From IMG/VR virus record IMGVR_UViG_3300027608_000025: a stretch of DNA of 64,000 bases. The stretch is one strand, 5' to 3'. Positions 9,083 to 18,698 of this stretch are shown here, one piece after another. Source of the DNA: an uncultured virus (IMG/VR IMGVR_UViG_3300027608_000025) (Duplodnaviria; Heunggongvirae; Uroviricota; Caudoviricetes). A program made the translations under genes and the position numbers. Position 1 is the first letter of the stretch; every line of letters starts with the position of its first letter. The notes under the pieces are model-generated. The model was not told the DNA's origin, made no database searches, and was given only the letters and a program-made list of their open reading frames with translations.

Positions 9083-9528
9083 AAATTTTTGAAATAGTTT
9101 CTGAGGCAGAAGGTGATTTTGCAAAATATCGACAGTTAGGACAAAATCCTTTAAACCTAGCAGGGCATCTAGCCAAAGAAGTTCCTGATTCTGCTGTATC
9201 AGCAGTTGATAAAACTAGTAAGTTAGGAAAAAAACTTCTAGGTATTGACTATGATGAGCCCGCAGCAAAAACTTCTAGTAAATCAACATCATCGACCGCC
9301 AAGAAATCTGTGTCAACTGCCGCAGTTGATGTAACCAAAACTAAAGATATTCTAGATAGGTTACTTAAAGGCGAAGCTGTATCACGCGACGACACACAGC
9401 ATCTTATGCGATTGAAAAATCAAATTGATGATCCACAATTACAAAGGGTATTTGATAAAGTACAGCGCGGCAGCGCACTTGAATTCACTGATCAACGCAG
9501 CCTACAGATATATAGAAATTCACTTTAG
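9079..9528 (+). CDS. Hypothetical protein, possible internal head protein
   Basis: 149 aa, ATGA-coupled to the upstream gene, N-terminus MKIFEIVSE. Confidence 0.6.
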   Translation: MKIFEIVSEAEGDFAKYRQLGQNPLNLAGHLAKEVPDSAVSAVDKTSKLGKKLLGIDYDEPAAKTSSKSTSSTAKKSVSTAAVDVTKTKDILDRLLKGEAVSRDDTQHLMRLKNQIDDPQLQRVFDKVQRGSALEFTDQRSLQIYRNSL

Positions 9529-9740
9529 AAAAACGGCAGTCCTGATTTTTTAGTGGTCTCAAGATTTTCTGCAACAATTTCGCCAATGATTGCTCTCTCT
9601 TCCCAACTCATGTGTATGACTTCAGTGTAACTGAGTCCTCGCATATACCAACACAGTTTCATGCAATCTTTTTTCAGTGCCTTGCCTTCTTTGTCTAGTA
9701 ATTCACTTTCTCGTAAAATCTCTGGCAAGGACAGGGTCAA
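9525..9740 (-). CDS. gp51-like small baseplate/tail assembly protein, probably made as a -1 frameshift extension of the upstream gene
   Basis: CWYMRGLSYTE..MSWEER motif. The only start is TTG without an SD. It lies in the -1 frame of 9737..10588. Confidence 0.65.
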   Translation of the reverse strand: MTLSLPEILRESELLDKEGKALKKDCMKLCWYMRGLSYTEVIHMSWEERAIIGEIVAENLETTKKSGLPFF

Positions 9741-10588
9741 GATTTTACGGCGAAAAAATTTGATTGATCCATAGTGATCGGCAGACTGAATTGCTGATCA
9801 CATTCCCCACAGGTTACGCTCTGGGCTTTGAATTCAATACGTTCTTTCATCTGCACCACATGATCTTGGATGCGTTGGAAAACATCTTTAGAACAGTTGG
9901 CAATAAAATCTTTGATCATGTCTTTGTCTGTGACAGACCCATCCGGAGCATCTATGGATGTGATACAGTCTGCTATGATATCTACAGTGAGCTCGGTGAG
10001 TTTTAAAAAACTAGCACCAAATTTTTCTAATTTTTGTTCATCGCTGAGAGAATCATCATTGATGACCTGGAAGATACGCTGTTGTTCCATGGACTTCAGC
10101 GCAGTTTTAGTAACTTCTTTGTAGGTATAAGGCCTTACATGAACCGTAAGTTGGTCAATAGGAATATCTTTTTCATATACAAATTGATTGAAAACATTAA
10201 ACCAGGCAGTGAGATCCATGTCGTAGCTGTTGTCAGCATTGCAATGGGGACAGTTGGCACCAACTTCCATTTTGTCTCCATATGTGGCTATGCGAATAGC
10301 TATCAAGGCAAAATCTAAATCTATGTTAGGCATAACCCAAGGATTTAGAATAGCAGGAATGCAGCTTTTAATTAATTCTACTGTGCTGGTTCCGTTCAAC
10401 AAAGCATCAGGTGTCTTAAACAACAGTTCATCTTTGGCAGTCATAGCATACACAGGATATTCACCGTTTTCACTGACATCTAGACTACCGGGCGTATAAA
10501 ATTCTCCCTTAGATGGCAGACGCACATAGATTTTTGGCTGCCTGTAAAAGCTGGCTAAAGGATTCTTTTTAGGTTGAGTTTGGTTCAT
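9737..10588 (-). CDS. gp26: Baseplate hub assembly protein, T4 gp26-like
   Basis: LPSKG.FY, MTAKDELL, DLDFALIAIRIATYG, two CxxC motifs (CPHC, CGEC), ending SNFF. Confidence 0.75.
   Translation of the reverse strand: MNQTQPKKNPLASFYRQPKIYVRLPSKGEFYTPGSLDVSENGEYPVYAMTAKDELLFKTPDALLNGTSTVELIKSCIPAILNPWVMPNIDLDFALIAIRIATYGDKMEVGANCPHCNADNSYDMDLTAWFNVFNQFVYEKDIPIDQLTVHVRPYTYKEVTKTALKSMEQQRIFQVINDDSLSDEQKLEKFGASFLKLTELTVDIIADCITSIDAPDGSVTDKDMIKDFIANCSKDVFQRIQDHVVQMKERIEFKAQSVTCGECDQQFSLPITMDQSNFFAVKS
9752..9758 (-). promoter_or_regulatory. Putative -1 ribosomal frameshift heptamer T-TTT-TTC
   Basis: The minus strand reads AAT TTT TTC GCC GTA AAA TCT TGA. The -1 frame reads TTT TTT CGC CGT AAA ATC TTG ACC, continuing into ORF 9525..9740. 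Confidence 0.7.
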
Positions 10589-10599
10589 TTTATCTCCGG

Positions 10600-10628
10600 T
10601 AAATATATAATGCTCACGAGTATTTATA
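10600..10628. promoter_or_regulatory. Pair of late promoters: TAAATA (+, 10600-10605) and TATAAATA (-, 10628-10621)
   Basis: The perfect T4 late consensus on the minus strand serves gp26-like. The plus-strand core serves the tape measure gene. Confidence 0.7.
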
Positions 10629-10657
10629 TGCGCATTTTACCAGGAAAAAAATAAGCT

Positions 10658-13462
10658 ATGGCAGGTGTATTCATCAACATCCCCGGAGTCGGCAATGTAG
10701 AAGCTCAAGGAGCAGCTTCTGAAGCTACACTGCGAGAACTGCTGGCTGCTATGCGTGGTGGCGGTGGTGGAAGGGGTGGAGCAGGTGGTGTTATTATTGG
10801 TGGTGGAGCTGGCGGAGGCGGTGGCGGCGGCGGGCTGTTAGGATCTGCAGCTGGTATGATAGGCAAATCATTTAATAAACTAGGAATAGTTGCAGGCTTT
10901 GCCACCGGAGTCGTAGGAAAATTAGCTGGCGGTGCAATGAAAGCCACAGCCGCTACTATTGGAATGGGCGAAGCTATAACCGGTGCAGTACAAGCGTTAT
11001 CACAGCTGGATGGTAGTGCTAGCGGTGTAGCCAACATTTTTAAAAATATTCCTCTGATCGGACCTGTGTTTGCTGCTGTAGCAGGAGCAGCAGATGATGT
11101 GGTCAAATCGTATCAAGCCGTATCACAATCAGGCGCAACGTTTGGCGGAAGTATCAGCAAATTTGCTGCTGCTAGCTCACAGGCCGGCATGACTATGGCA
11201 GAATTTAGCGGACTAATCGCAAAAAATAGTCAGGCTATGGGAGCATTTGGAACCACCACAGAAGGTGGTGCTGCTAACTTTGCTAGAGTTTCTAAACAGT
11301 TAAGAGCTACTGGCAGTGACTTGTACGCCTTGGGATTTTCTACAGCAGAAATAAATCAAGGATTGGCCAGTTATGGTAATTTGATGAAACTGCAAGGTCA
11401 GCAAGGCAAAAAATCCAATGCAGAACTAGCTGCTGGTGCAAGAAGTTATATGAAAGAACTGGATCTGTTGGCCAAGGCCACTGGTCAAAGTCGTCAGCAA
11501 GTCGAAGATCAAATGGCTGCTATGGCCAAAGATGCACAATTCCAAGCATCTATGGCTGGGTTAGGACCTCAGGTTAGAGATAGTTTTCTTGCAGTGACTA
11601 CAGGATTACCTGCTGGCTTAAATGATTTTGCCAAAGATATCATGGCAACCGGAACAGCCACCACTGAAGAAAATCAAAAGCTCATGGCTATGATGCCTCA
11701 ATCAGCGGCTATGTTGCAGAGAATGAATGCAAAAATGCAGCGTGGCGAAGCAGTTACCTTAGAAGAAAGAAACGCCTTAAACAATCTCATGAAGCAGGAA
11801 GGCGGAAAACAATTACAGAATATGAAATATGCAGGAGCAGCCAACGCTGAACTTGCAGGTACCGTGAATAAATTAGCTGCAACTCAACAGATCAATGCGA
11901 ATGCACTAGTTGAAGCCACAGAAGAACAGAAAAAAGCCGCTGCTGAAACTGATAAAATGAACAAAAAAATGTCAGAGTTTCAGCAGGCTATTGCACAAGT
12001 CAGCAACGATTTTAAGATGCTGCTGGCCAACAGTGGTATCTTAGATGTAATGATACAGGCATTCCACGGACTGGTAGGATTAGCCAATCAATATCTTGTG
12101 CCTGCATTTAACATAGTGGCGTCGGCGGTAATGAAAGTGGCTAATGGTATAAGCATACTGTTGCAACCTGCACTGGATTATCTAGGAGAAAAATTTGGTG
12201 TAGATGGACTAGCAGGCACAGCGCAATTCCTGGACGATGTGTTAAATGCGGTCTTTCCGATATTAGCAGGAGCCATGCGAGGAGCAATTATCGCCTTTGA
12301 CGGATTGTGGAATGGAATCACAGCTGTTTTCAACCCATTGAAAGAATTATATATCAAAATATTTGGAGTCTCAGACAGTACCAGCAAGTTCAGTGATATC
12401 CTTATTGAAGCGGGAGCGTATATTGGAGATGTATTTGAGATCTTAGGCAAGGCACTTGGATTTGTTATAGATCTTATTACCCCTATACTGGTTCCTGCAA
12501 TTAAAGGCCTAATCGAGGGATTTAAATTTCTCTGGTCGGGTGTAAGAACAATTATGTATAAACTATTAAATTTTGGAGATGTGATCCAAGACGTAGGCAT
12601 GTTTTTTGACAGTATGTTTGACATGATTCTTCTAGGAATAAACAAGTTTACCTTTGGGCTTAAGGGTATCTCAGAAGAAGAATACAAGGCCCGTGAAGCA
12701 CAAAGGAAAAAACAGCAGGAAGCTAATGATAAAGACCGGAAAGCTAGAGATGCTGCTAGGCTAGGAAGCCAAGAAAATGTTGAGAAGCAAAAGCAGTTGG
12801 CCAAGGAAGATGCCAAGAAATTCGGACAACGGACAATAACACATAATCAACTTACTGCTTCGGCCCAACGCGAAGCCGCAGCCAAAGAAGCTGCGGTAAA
12901 AGCTCAAGAAAAACTCTTAGACTACACAGCTGGTCCAGAAGAACTATTGAAGCAGTTCAGTTCTAAACAAGGTGGCGCAGTTGAAATAGGCATCAAGAAA
13001 GGAGAAATCAGCAAGGAAAAAGAAGCAGCAGACAAAGAACTGGCAGCAGCAAAAACTGGTGCTGAAAAGAAAGCTGCCGCAGAAAAAATTGAAGCTGCTG
13101 AAGCCAAACTGAAAGCTTTAAGCGAGGCAGAAGCATTGGCCAAACAACGAGCTAGTACCGCACCTGCTTCAGCTAATGCAGACGCTACAAAAAAATCTAT
13201 TGAAGCAGAAGCGGAAAAGAAAAAAGCAGAAGAAGAAAAGAAAAAAGCAGAAGAAGCCAGAGCCGCAGCTGCTCAATCAGATCCAAGAAGACTTGACCAA
13301 CAGGCTCCTCCTAAAACTCAAGAAAACACAGAAACCTTGCTTGCGGAGTTAAATACGAAGATGGGCACACTTTTGAAATATACCTGGACAGTAGCAAACA
13401 ATACCAATGAAACGGTTAATGCTACAAGAGGTCTTACCAAAGATCTATTCAAGTCGCTGTAA
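10658..13462 (+). CDS. Tape measure / tail length determinant protein
   Basis: 934 aa, Ala/Gly-rich and helical, with a hydrophobic central segment and a charged coiled-coil C-terminus. Adjacent to the chaperone-like pair. Confidence 0.7.
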   Translation: MAGVFINIPGVGNVEAQGAASEATLRELLAAMRGGGGGRGGAGGVIIGGGAGGGGGGGGLLGSAAGMIGKSFNKLGIVAGFATGVVGKLAGGAMKATAATIGMGEAITGAVQALSQLDGSASGVANIFKNIPLIGPVFAAVAGAADDVVKSYQAVSQSGATFGGSISKFAAASSQAGMTMAEFSGLIAKNSQAMGAFGTTTEGGAANFARVSKQLRATGSDLYALGFSTAEINQGLASYGNLMKLQGQQGKKSNAELAAGARSYMKELDLLAKATGQSRQQVEDQMAAMAKDAQFQASMAGLGPQVRDSFLAVTTGLPAGLNDFAKDIMATGTATTEENQKLMAMMPQSAAMLQRMNAKMQRGEAVTLEERNALNNLMKQEGGKQLQNMKYAGAANAELAGTVNKLAATQQINANALVEATEEQKKAAAETDKMNKKMSEFQQAIAQVSNDFKMLLANSGILDVMIQAFHGLVGLANQYLVPAFNIVASAVMKVANGISILLQPALDYLGEKFGVDGLAGTAQFLDDVLNAVFPILAGAMRGAIIAFDGLWNGITAVFNPLKELYIKIFGVSDSTSKFSDILIEAGAYIGDVFEILGKALGFVIDLITPILVPAIKGLIEGFKFLWSGVRTIMYKLLNFGDVIQDVGMFFDSMFDMILLGINKFTFGLKGISEEEYKAREAQRKKQQEANDKDRKARDAARLGSQENVEKQKQLAKEDAKKFGQRTITHNQLTASAQREAAAKEAAVKAQEKLLDYTAGPEELLKQFSSKQGGAVEIGIKKGEISKEKEAADKELAAAKTGAEKKAAAEKIEAAEAKLKALSEAEALAKQRASTAPASANADATKKSIEAEAEKKKAEEEKKKAEEARAAAAQSDPRRLDQQAPPKTQENTETLLAELNTKMGTLLKYTWTVANNTNETVNATRGLTKDLFKSL

Positions 13463-13470
13463 GGAAAACA

Positions 13471-15177
13471 ATGAGCTGGAAAAGACATTTTACCCCTGTA
13501 AAAATTGATAACTCTAGTGGCTCTATGAGTCCAATCAGCGGCCGCGGCCGTCCTGGTCCAGCTAGAGCAAACTACTCTAGTTTCCTACCAGATGTATACG
13601 CAGGTGCACCCAATCGTGTAGAACGGTATATGCAGTATGATACCATGGACATGGATTCAGAAGTCAATGCTGCCTTGGACATCCTCACTGAATTCTGCAC
13701 ACAAAAAGAAAAAGAAAATCGCACACCATTCAACACATTTTTCAAAGGCAGTCCCACTGCCACTGAAGTAAAACTGTTGAAAGACAGTCTGCAGAAATGG
13801 AGTAAGCAGCAGCAGTTCGAAACTCGCATATTCCGTATTTTCCGCAACGCTCTAAAATACGGTGACTGTTTCTTTGTGAGAGATCCAGAAACCAAAAAGT
13901 GGCTGTTTGTTGATGCTGCCAAAGTAACTAAGATCATAGTCAACGAATCTGAAGGCAAGATACCCGAGCAGTATGTGATCCGTGACATCAACTTTAACTT
14001 CAAAGATATGGTGGCTGTGACTCCGCATGGTACCACAAACACAGCACCCAGCGGAACTAGTTCGTATACCACCGGCGGTGGATTTGGTCGCGGTATGGTC
14101 GGCGCAGCAGCACAACCCCCCGGCACTAGATTCAGCAACCAGACCAATGAAGTTACTATAGATGCCAAACATGTGGTGCATATTAGTATGAGCGAAGGAC
14201 TGGATAACAATTATCCTTTTGGCAATTCAATTCTAGAATCAGTGTTCAAAGTCTACAAGCAGAAAGAATTATTAGAAGACGCGATCATCATTTATCGTAT
14301 ACAACGTGCTCCTGAAAGACGTATTTTCTATGTAGACGTAGGTAACATGCCAGCACACATGGCTATGAGCTTTGTTGAGCGTGTTAAAAACGAAATCCAA
14401 CAGCGCCGTATTCCTTCATCCACAGGAGGTGGCGCGAATGTCATAGACGCTTCATACAATCCATTGAGCGTCAACGAAGACTACTTCTTCCCACAGACCG
14501 CAGAAGGTCGAGGAAGTAAAGTTGAAACATTACCAGGAGGCACTAACCTTGGAGAAATTACAGATCTGCGTTATTTTACTAACAAATTGTTTAGGGCTTT
14601 ACGCATACCTAGTTCATATCTTCCTACGGCCATAGATGAACAGCCCAACACCATGGCAGATGGCAAGGTTGGTACTGCCTACATACAAGAACTGAGATTC
14701 AACGAATACTGTAAACGTTTACAGTCAATGATCGTAGAAACTTTTGATCTAGAATTCAAACTATGGTTAAACGCACAGGGCATCAACATAGACAATGGTC
14801 TATTTGAATTGAAATTTAACTCACCGCAGAACTTTGCTGCTTACCGTCAATCAGAACTGGACACAGCTAGAGCCGCAACATTCAGCCAGGTCATAGCTAT
14901 TCCGCATCTCAGCAAGAGATTCGCCATGAAACGTTTCCTAGGACTCAGCGAAGAAGAAATCAAAGAAAACGAAAAGCTATGGAGAGAAGAAAACGGCACA
15001 GTTCTTAAACCAGATATGGATGCGCAGAGCCAGTTGAGAAGTGTAGGAGTCTCAGCGGGTGGAATGGCCGCAGACGCAGCAGCACAGACCGCAGAAGCAC
15101 CCCCAGACATGGCAGCCGCCGCAGAAGCAGATGCAGAAGGCACAGAAGCAGCAACACCAGAAGCACCAGTTCAATAA
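13471..15177 (+). CDS. gp20: Portal vertex protein
   Basis: LLEDAIIIYRIQRAPERRIFYVDVGNMP, EDYFFP, VETLPGG, ELRF motifs. Confidence 0.95.
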   Translation: MSWKRHFTPVKIDNSSGSMSPISGRGRPGPARANYSSFLPDVYAGAPNRVERYMQYDTMDMDSEVNAALDILTEFCTQKEKENRTPFNTFFKGSPTATEVKLLKDSLQKWSKQQQFETRIFRIFRNALKYGDCFFVRDPETKKWLFVDAAKVTKIIVNESEGKIPEQYVIRDINFNFKDMVAVTPHGTTNTAPSGTSSYTTGGGFGRGMVGAAAQPPGTRFSNQTNEVTIDAKHVVHISMSEGLDNNYPFGNSILESVFKVYKQKELLEDAIIIYRIQRAPERRIFYVDVGNMPAHMAMSFVERVKNEIQQRRIPSSTGGGANVIDASYNPLSVNEDYFFPQTAEGRGSKVETLPGGTNLGEITDLRYFTNKLFRALRIPSSYLPTAIDEQPNTMADGKVGTAYIQELRFNEYCKRLQSMIVETFDLEFKLWLNAQGINIDNGLFELKFNSPQNFAAYRQSELDTARAATFSQVIAIPHLSKRFAMKRFLGLSEEEIKENEKLWREENGTVLKPDMDAQSQLRSVGVSAGGMAADAAAQTAEAPPDMAAAAEADAEGTEAATPEAPVQ

Positions 15178-15187
15178 TAAATACATT

Positions 15188-15430
15188 ATGCTTCTAAACG
15201 AATTTTTTTATTTTAACGAAAAAAACAACGACTTTGCCAATGATCGTAGATATGATGCTGGCAGAGATTCATCAGTTGTGAAGAAAAGTGACACTAGAAA
15301 AATACGTTTGACCCTACGGCAGATCAATCAATTGAGACTACAGGCAGAAGCACATCAAGTAGAATCAGAGTCAGAACTGGGATTTATCAGGCAAATGTAT
15401 GCAACCCCAGCAGAAGCACCTGCAGCATAA
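15188..15430 (+). CDS. Small conserved head-region protein
   Basis: Probable start ATG 15188 (MLLNEFF), 4 nt after TAAATA 15178-15183. Contains DTRKIRLTLRQINQLR. Confidence 0.65.
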   Translation: MLLNEFFYFNEKNNDFANDRRYDAGRDSSVVKKSDTRKIRLTLRQINQLRLQAEAHQVESESELGFIRQMYATPAEAPAA

Positions 15431-16046
15431 TCCTGCATTCGTCATAGGCAACGGCACTAGCAGACTGAAATTAAATCATCTCAGTGCAATGGATCGTGGC
15501 ATAGTATATGGCTGTAATGCACAGTACAGAGAATATGCTCCACACTATTTGATAGCGGTGGATGTGAAAATGGTGAACGAAATCATAGGTGCAGGCTATC
15601 ACAAAAAGCATCAGGTCTGGACTAATCCCAACAAAGGTATCAGCACCAAACACAATATCAACTTCTTTTCGCCTCACAAAGGTTGGAGTTCAGGACCCAC
15701 AGCTCTGTGGTTCGCTGCTACACAAGGTCACAAAGATATCTATATATTTGGCTTTGATTATCAAGGCGACAACGGCAAATTCAACAATGTGTATGCCAAC
15801 ACTCACAACTATAAAAAAAGTTCGGACAGCGCCACTTACTATGGCAATTGGCTGAGCCAAACTGAAAAAACCATCAAAGAATTTAGGCACGTGAAATTTT
15901 TTAGAGTGGCAGATCCTGGTGCATTCATACCAGACAAACTAGGCCCAACACTGTCAAACCTTAGTCACATCACCTTTGAGGATTTTGACAGAACGTTTCC
16001 GGGCACTATATATTCCAATCAAATCAATCAAAAAACTACCATTTAA
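15399..16046 (+). CDS. Maf/GT42 sialyltransferase-like nucleotide-binding protein
   Basis: AFVIGNGTS, YGCN, YLIAVD, SSGPTAL, IYIFGFDY motifs. Confidence 0.5.
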   Translation: MQPQQKHLQHNPAFVIGNGTSRLKLNHLSAMDRGIVYGCNAQYREYAPHYLIAVDVKMVNEIIGAGYHKKHQVWTNPNKGISTKHNINFFSPHKGWSSGPTALWFAATQGHKDIYIFGFDYQGDNGKFNNVYANTHNYKKSSDSATYYGNWLSQTEKTIKEFRHVKFFRVADPGAFIPDKLGPTLSNLSHITFEDFDRTFPGTIYSNQINQKTTI

Positions 16047-16109
16047 CCCTAGTTTGTAATCTTAGTGTTAAATAACTTACAGCCTTGACTATATAAAGGA
16101 GAACATAAC

Positions 16110-16934
16110 ATGGCAGACAAACAACTGTTGCAACAGATGCTTGAGCATCTTGTGAACGACGATCAAGCGAAAGCTGAAGAATTATTCCACGAGTACGTGG
16201 TACAACAATCCCGTGAAATCTACGAATCTTTAATTGACAGTGAAATCGCTGAAGAAAAAGATGCAGATGACGAGGATGTAGATGAAGCTGCAAAAGATGA
16301 TGATGCAGAAGACGAAAAAGTAGACGAAGAATTTGAAGACATTGCTATCGAAGCTGATGACGAGGATCCAGATATGATGGGCGGTGACCCTACAGATGAC
16401 CTAGAAGGTGATCTAGAAATGGGCGACGACGACATGGAAGAAAAGTCCGAAGAAGAACTATTCCAAGACCTAGACAGCATTGTTGATGAACTACAGGCTA
16501 AATTTGATGAACTCAAAGGTGGTGATGACATGAGCGACATGGGCGGCGATGACATGGGCGGCATGGACGATAAAATGAAAGATGATTTCGATCTTGAAAC
16601 CGTGCGTGAATACGTGGAAAAAGTTGCTCCTGCAAAAATGGGCGACAACGGTGTCAATAACAAATCAATCGTAGCTGGTAAGAATGACATGGGCGGTACA
16701 ACTGCCAACATTCTCAGCGGCAAAAATGGCACGCCTGGATCAGAAACAGGCGAACTTAAAGGTTCCGGACTGTTGAAAGGCAAGCCCACTGAAGATAATG
16801 CTGGTAACATCAATGTCCCAGGTGCTAAGAACGGGAATGCTTTCTCTAAGAAAGAACCTGGACATGGTGCTGAGAAAGCTGGTTCTAAAGAATCCGCTGA
16901 CAACAAGCAAAGCCTTTTCCGTGGTCGTAGATAA
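16110..16934 (+). CDS. Acidic prohead core protein (gp67/gp68-like position)
   Basis: Very D/E-rich, located between portal and protease, with AGGAG SD and TAAATA at 16069-16074. Confidence 0.6.
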   Translation: MADKQLLQQMLEHLVNDDQAKAEELFHEYVVQQSREIYESLIDSEIAEEKDADDEDVDEAAKDDDAEDEKVDEEFEDIAIEADDEDPDMMGGDPTDDLEGDLEMGDDDMEEKSEEELFQDLDSIVDELQAKFDELKGGDDMSDMGGDDMGGMDDKMKDDFDLETVREYVEKVAPAKMGDNGVNNKSIVAGKNDMGGTTANILSGKNGTPGSETGELKGSGLLKGKPTEDNAGNINVPGAKNGNAFSKKEPGHGAEKAGSKESADNKQSLFRGRR

Positions 16935-16946
16935 TAGGATCAAACG

Positions 16947-17579
16947 GTGAAGAAACTTACGCTAGCAGAACATTTGAGTTACGATCAGGCTAAGATTGTC
17001 TTGGAGAGCGAAGAAGGCAGCGACGGTAAAAAGTCGCTGCATTTAAACGGTATTTGCATTCAGGGAGACATCCGCAATGCAAACCAACGTGTTTATTCTT
17101 CTCAAGAAATTGGCAAGGCTGTCAAAACGCTCAACGAGCAGATCGCTGGTGGTTACTCTGTGCTGGGAGAAGTTGATCACCCACAGGATTTGAAAATCAA
17201 TCTAGATCGTGTTAGTCATATGATTACCAAGATGTGGATGGACGGTCCTAACGGCTACGGAAAACTTAAAATACTTCCAACTCCCATGGGTCAGTTGATT
17301 CAGACCATGTTGGAGTCGGGAGTTAAACTCGGCGTCAGCTCCAGAGGCAGTGGCGAAGTTGACAGCGACGGCAAAGTACAAGGATTTGAGATCATCACAG
17401 TAGATGTAGTGGCTCAACCCAGCGCACCTGGCGCTTATCCTACACCAGTGTATGAACACCTAATGAATAACACAGGCGGTTATCAGGCCTACCAAATGGC
17501 ACAACAAGTCCAAGGCGACCCACAGGCACAAAAATACCTAGCAGAGAGTCTGAAACGCATAATTTCAGGTCTCAAATAA
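16947..17579 (+). CDS. gp21: Prohead maturation protease
   Basis: NANQRVY, LGEVDHP, RVSH, GVSSRG.G, DVVAQPSAPGA. Confidence 0.93.
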   Translation: MKKLTLAEHLSYDQAKIVLESEEGSDGKKSLHLNGICIQGDIRNANQRVYSSQEIGKAVKTLNEQIAGGYSVLGEVDHPQDLKINLDRVSHMITKMWMDGPNGYGKLKILPTPMGQLIQTMLESGVKLGVSSRGSGEVDSDGKVQGFEIITVDVVAQPSAPGAYPTPVYEHLMNNTGGYQAYQMAQQVQGDPQAQKYLAESLKRIISGLK

Positions 17580-17592
17580 CAAGGAGAATCAC

Positions 17593-18687
17593 ATGTTAGA
17601 TATCGTAAAACAGTTGTTCGAAAACAATGTGATTTCCGAGGAAATCAAATCGGAAATTGAATCCGCTTGGAATAGCAGAATTCAAGAAAACCGTGATGAA
17701 GTCACTGCTACACTACGTGAAGAATTTGCACAGAAATACGAACACGACAAAGGCGCTATGGTAGAAGCTGTTGAAGCTATGCTAACAGATCGCCTACAAG
17801 CAGAACTAGGCGAGCTTGCAGAAGACCGTCAGGGCCTGATTGAAGCTCGTGCCAAGTATCACAAGAAAATGAAGGACGATGCCAAAGCAATGGAATCATT
17901 CGTGCTTCAAAATCTCAAGAAAGAACTTGCAGAACTACACGAAGATCGCAAAGCAGTAGCTGGCAATGTTGAAAAGTTAGAATCTTTTATCGTGGATGCA
18001 CTAGCGAAAGAAATCGCAGAATTCCACACTGACAAGAAAGATTTGGCCGAAACCAAAGTAAAATTGGTTCGTGAAAGCAAGGCCAAGTTTGAACAGATCA
18101 AGAAAGATTTCGTAGCACGTTCAGCTAAAATCATTGAAGAAACAGTCGCAAAAGGACTGCGTTCCGAAATGACTCAGCTGCGTGAAGACATTGAAGCTGC
18201 TCGCAGAAATGACTTTGGTCGCAGAATTTTTGAAAGCTTCGCCAGCGAATACGCTGCAAGTCATCTAAATGAGAAATCCGAAACAGCTAAACTATTGAAA
18301 GTAGTTGCGGTCAAGGAATCAGAATTAGAAGAAGCAGCTAAAGTTGTTGCAGAAACACAATCACTAGTAGAAAACAAAGAACGTGAACTACGCATCATTA
18401 AAGAAAGCAGCCAACGCAAGGAAGTTATGAGCGAATTGCTAGGCCCGTTGACCGGTGACAAGCGTGAAGTAATGGGCAGTCTACTAGAATCAGTACAGAC
18501 AGAAAAGCTACGTACAGCTTTCGACAAGTATATCAGTTCAGTGATGAACGGTGCTACCCCGGCGAAGAAAGTACTATCTGAAGGCAAAGAAATCACAGGC
18601 GACAAAGCACAGGCACAACAATTCAGCAGTGAAGAAAAAACCGCTGAAATATTTGACATCCGCAGGCTTGCGGGACTAAAAGTTTAA
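17593..18687 (+). CDS. gp22: Prohead scaffold/core protein
   Basis: Coiled-coil E/K-rich protein with GRRIFESF, located between protease and capsid. Confidence 0.8.
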   Translation: MLDIVKQLFENNVISEEIKSEIESAWNSRIQENRDEVTATLREEFAQKYEHDKGAMVEAVEAMLTDRLQAELGELAEDRQGLIEARAKYHKKMKDDAKAMESFVLQNLKKELAELHEDRKAVAGNVEKLESFIVDALAKEIAEFHTDKKDLAETKVKLVRESKAKFEQIKKDFVARSAKIIEETVAKGLRSEMTQLREDIEAARRNDFGRRIFESFASEYAASHLNEKSETAKLLKVVAVKESELEEAAKVVAETQSLVENKERELRIIKESSQRKEVMSELLGPLTGDKREVMGSLLESVQTEKLRTAFDKYISSVMNGATPAKKVLSEGKEITGDKAQAQQFSSEEKTAEIFDIRRLAGLKV

Positions 18688-18698
18688 GGAGAACTATA

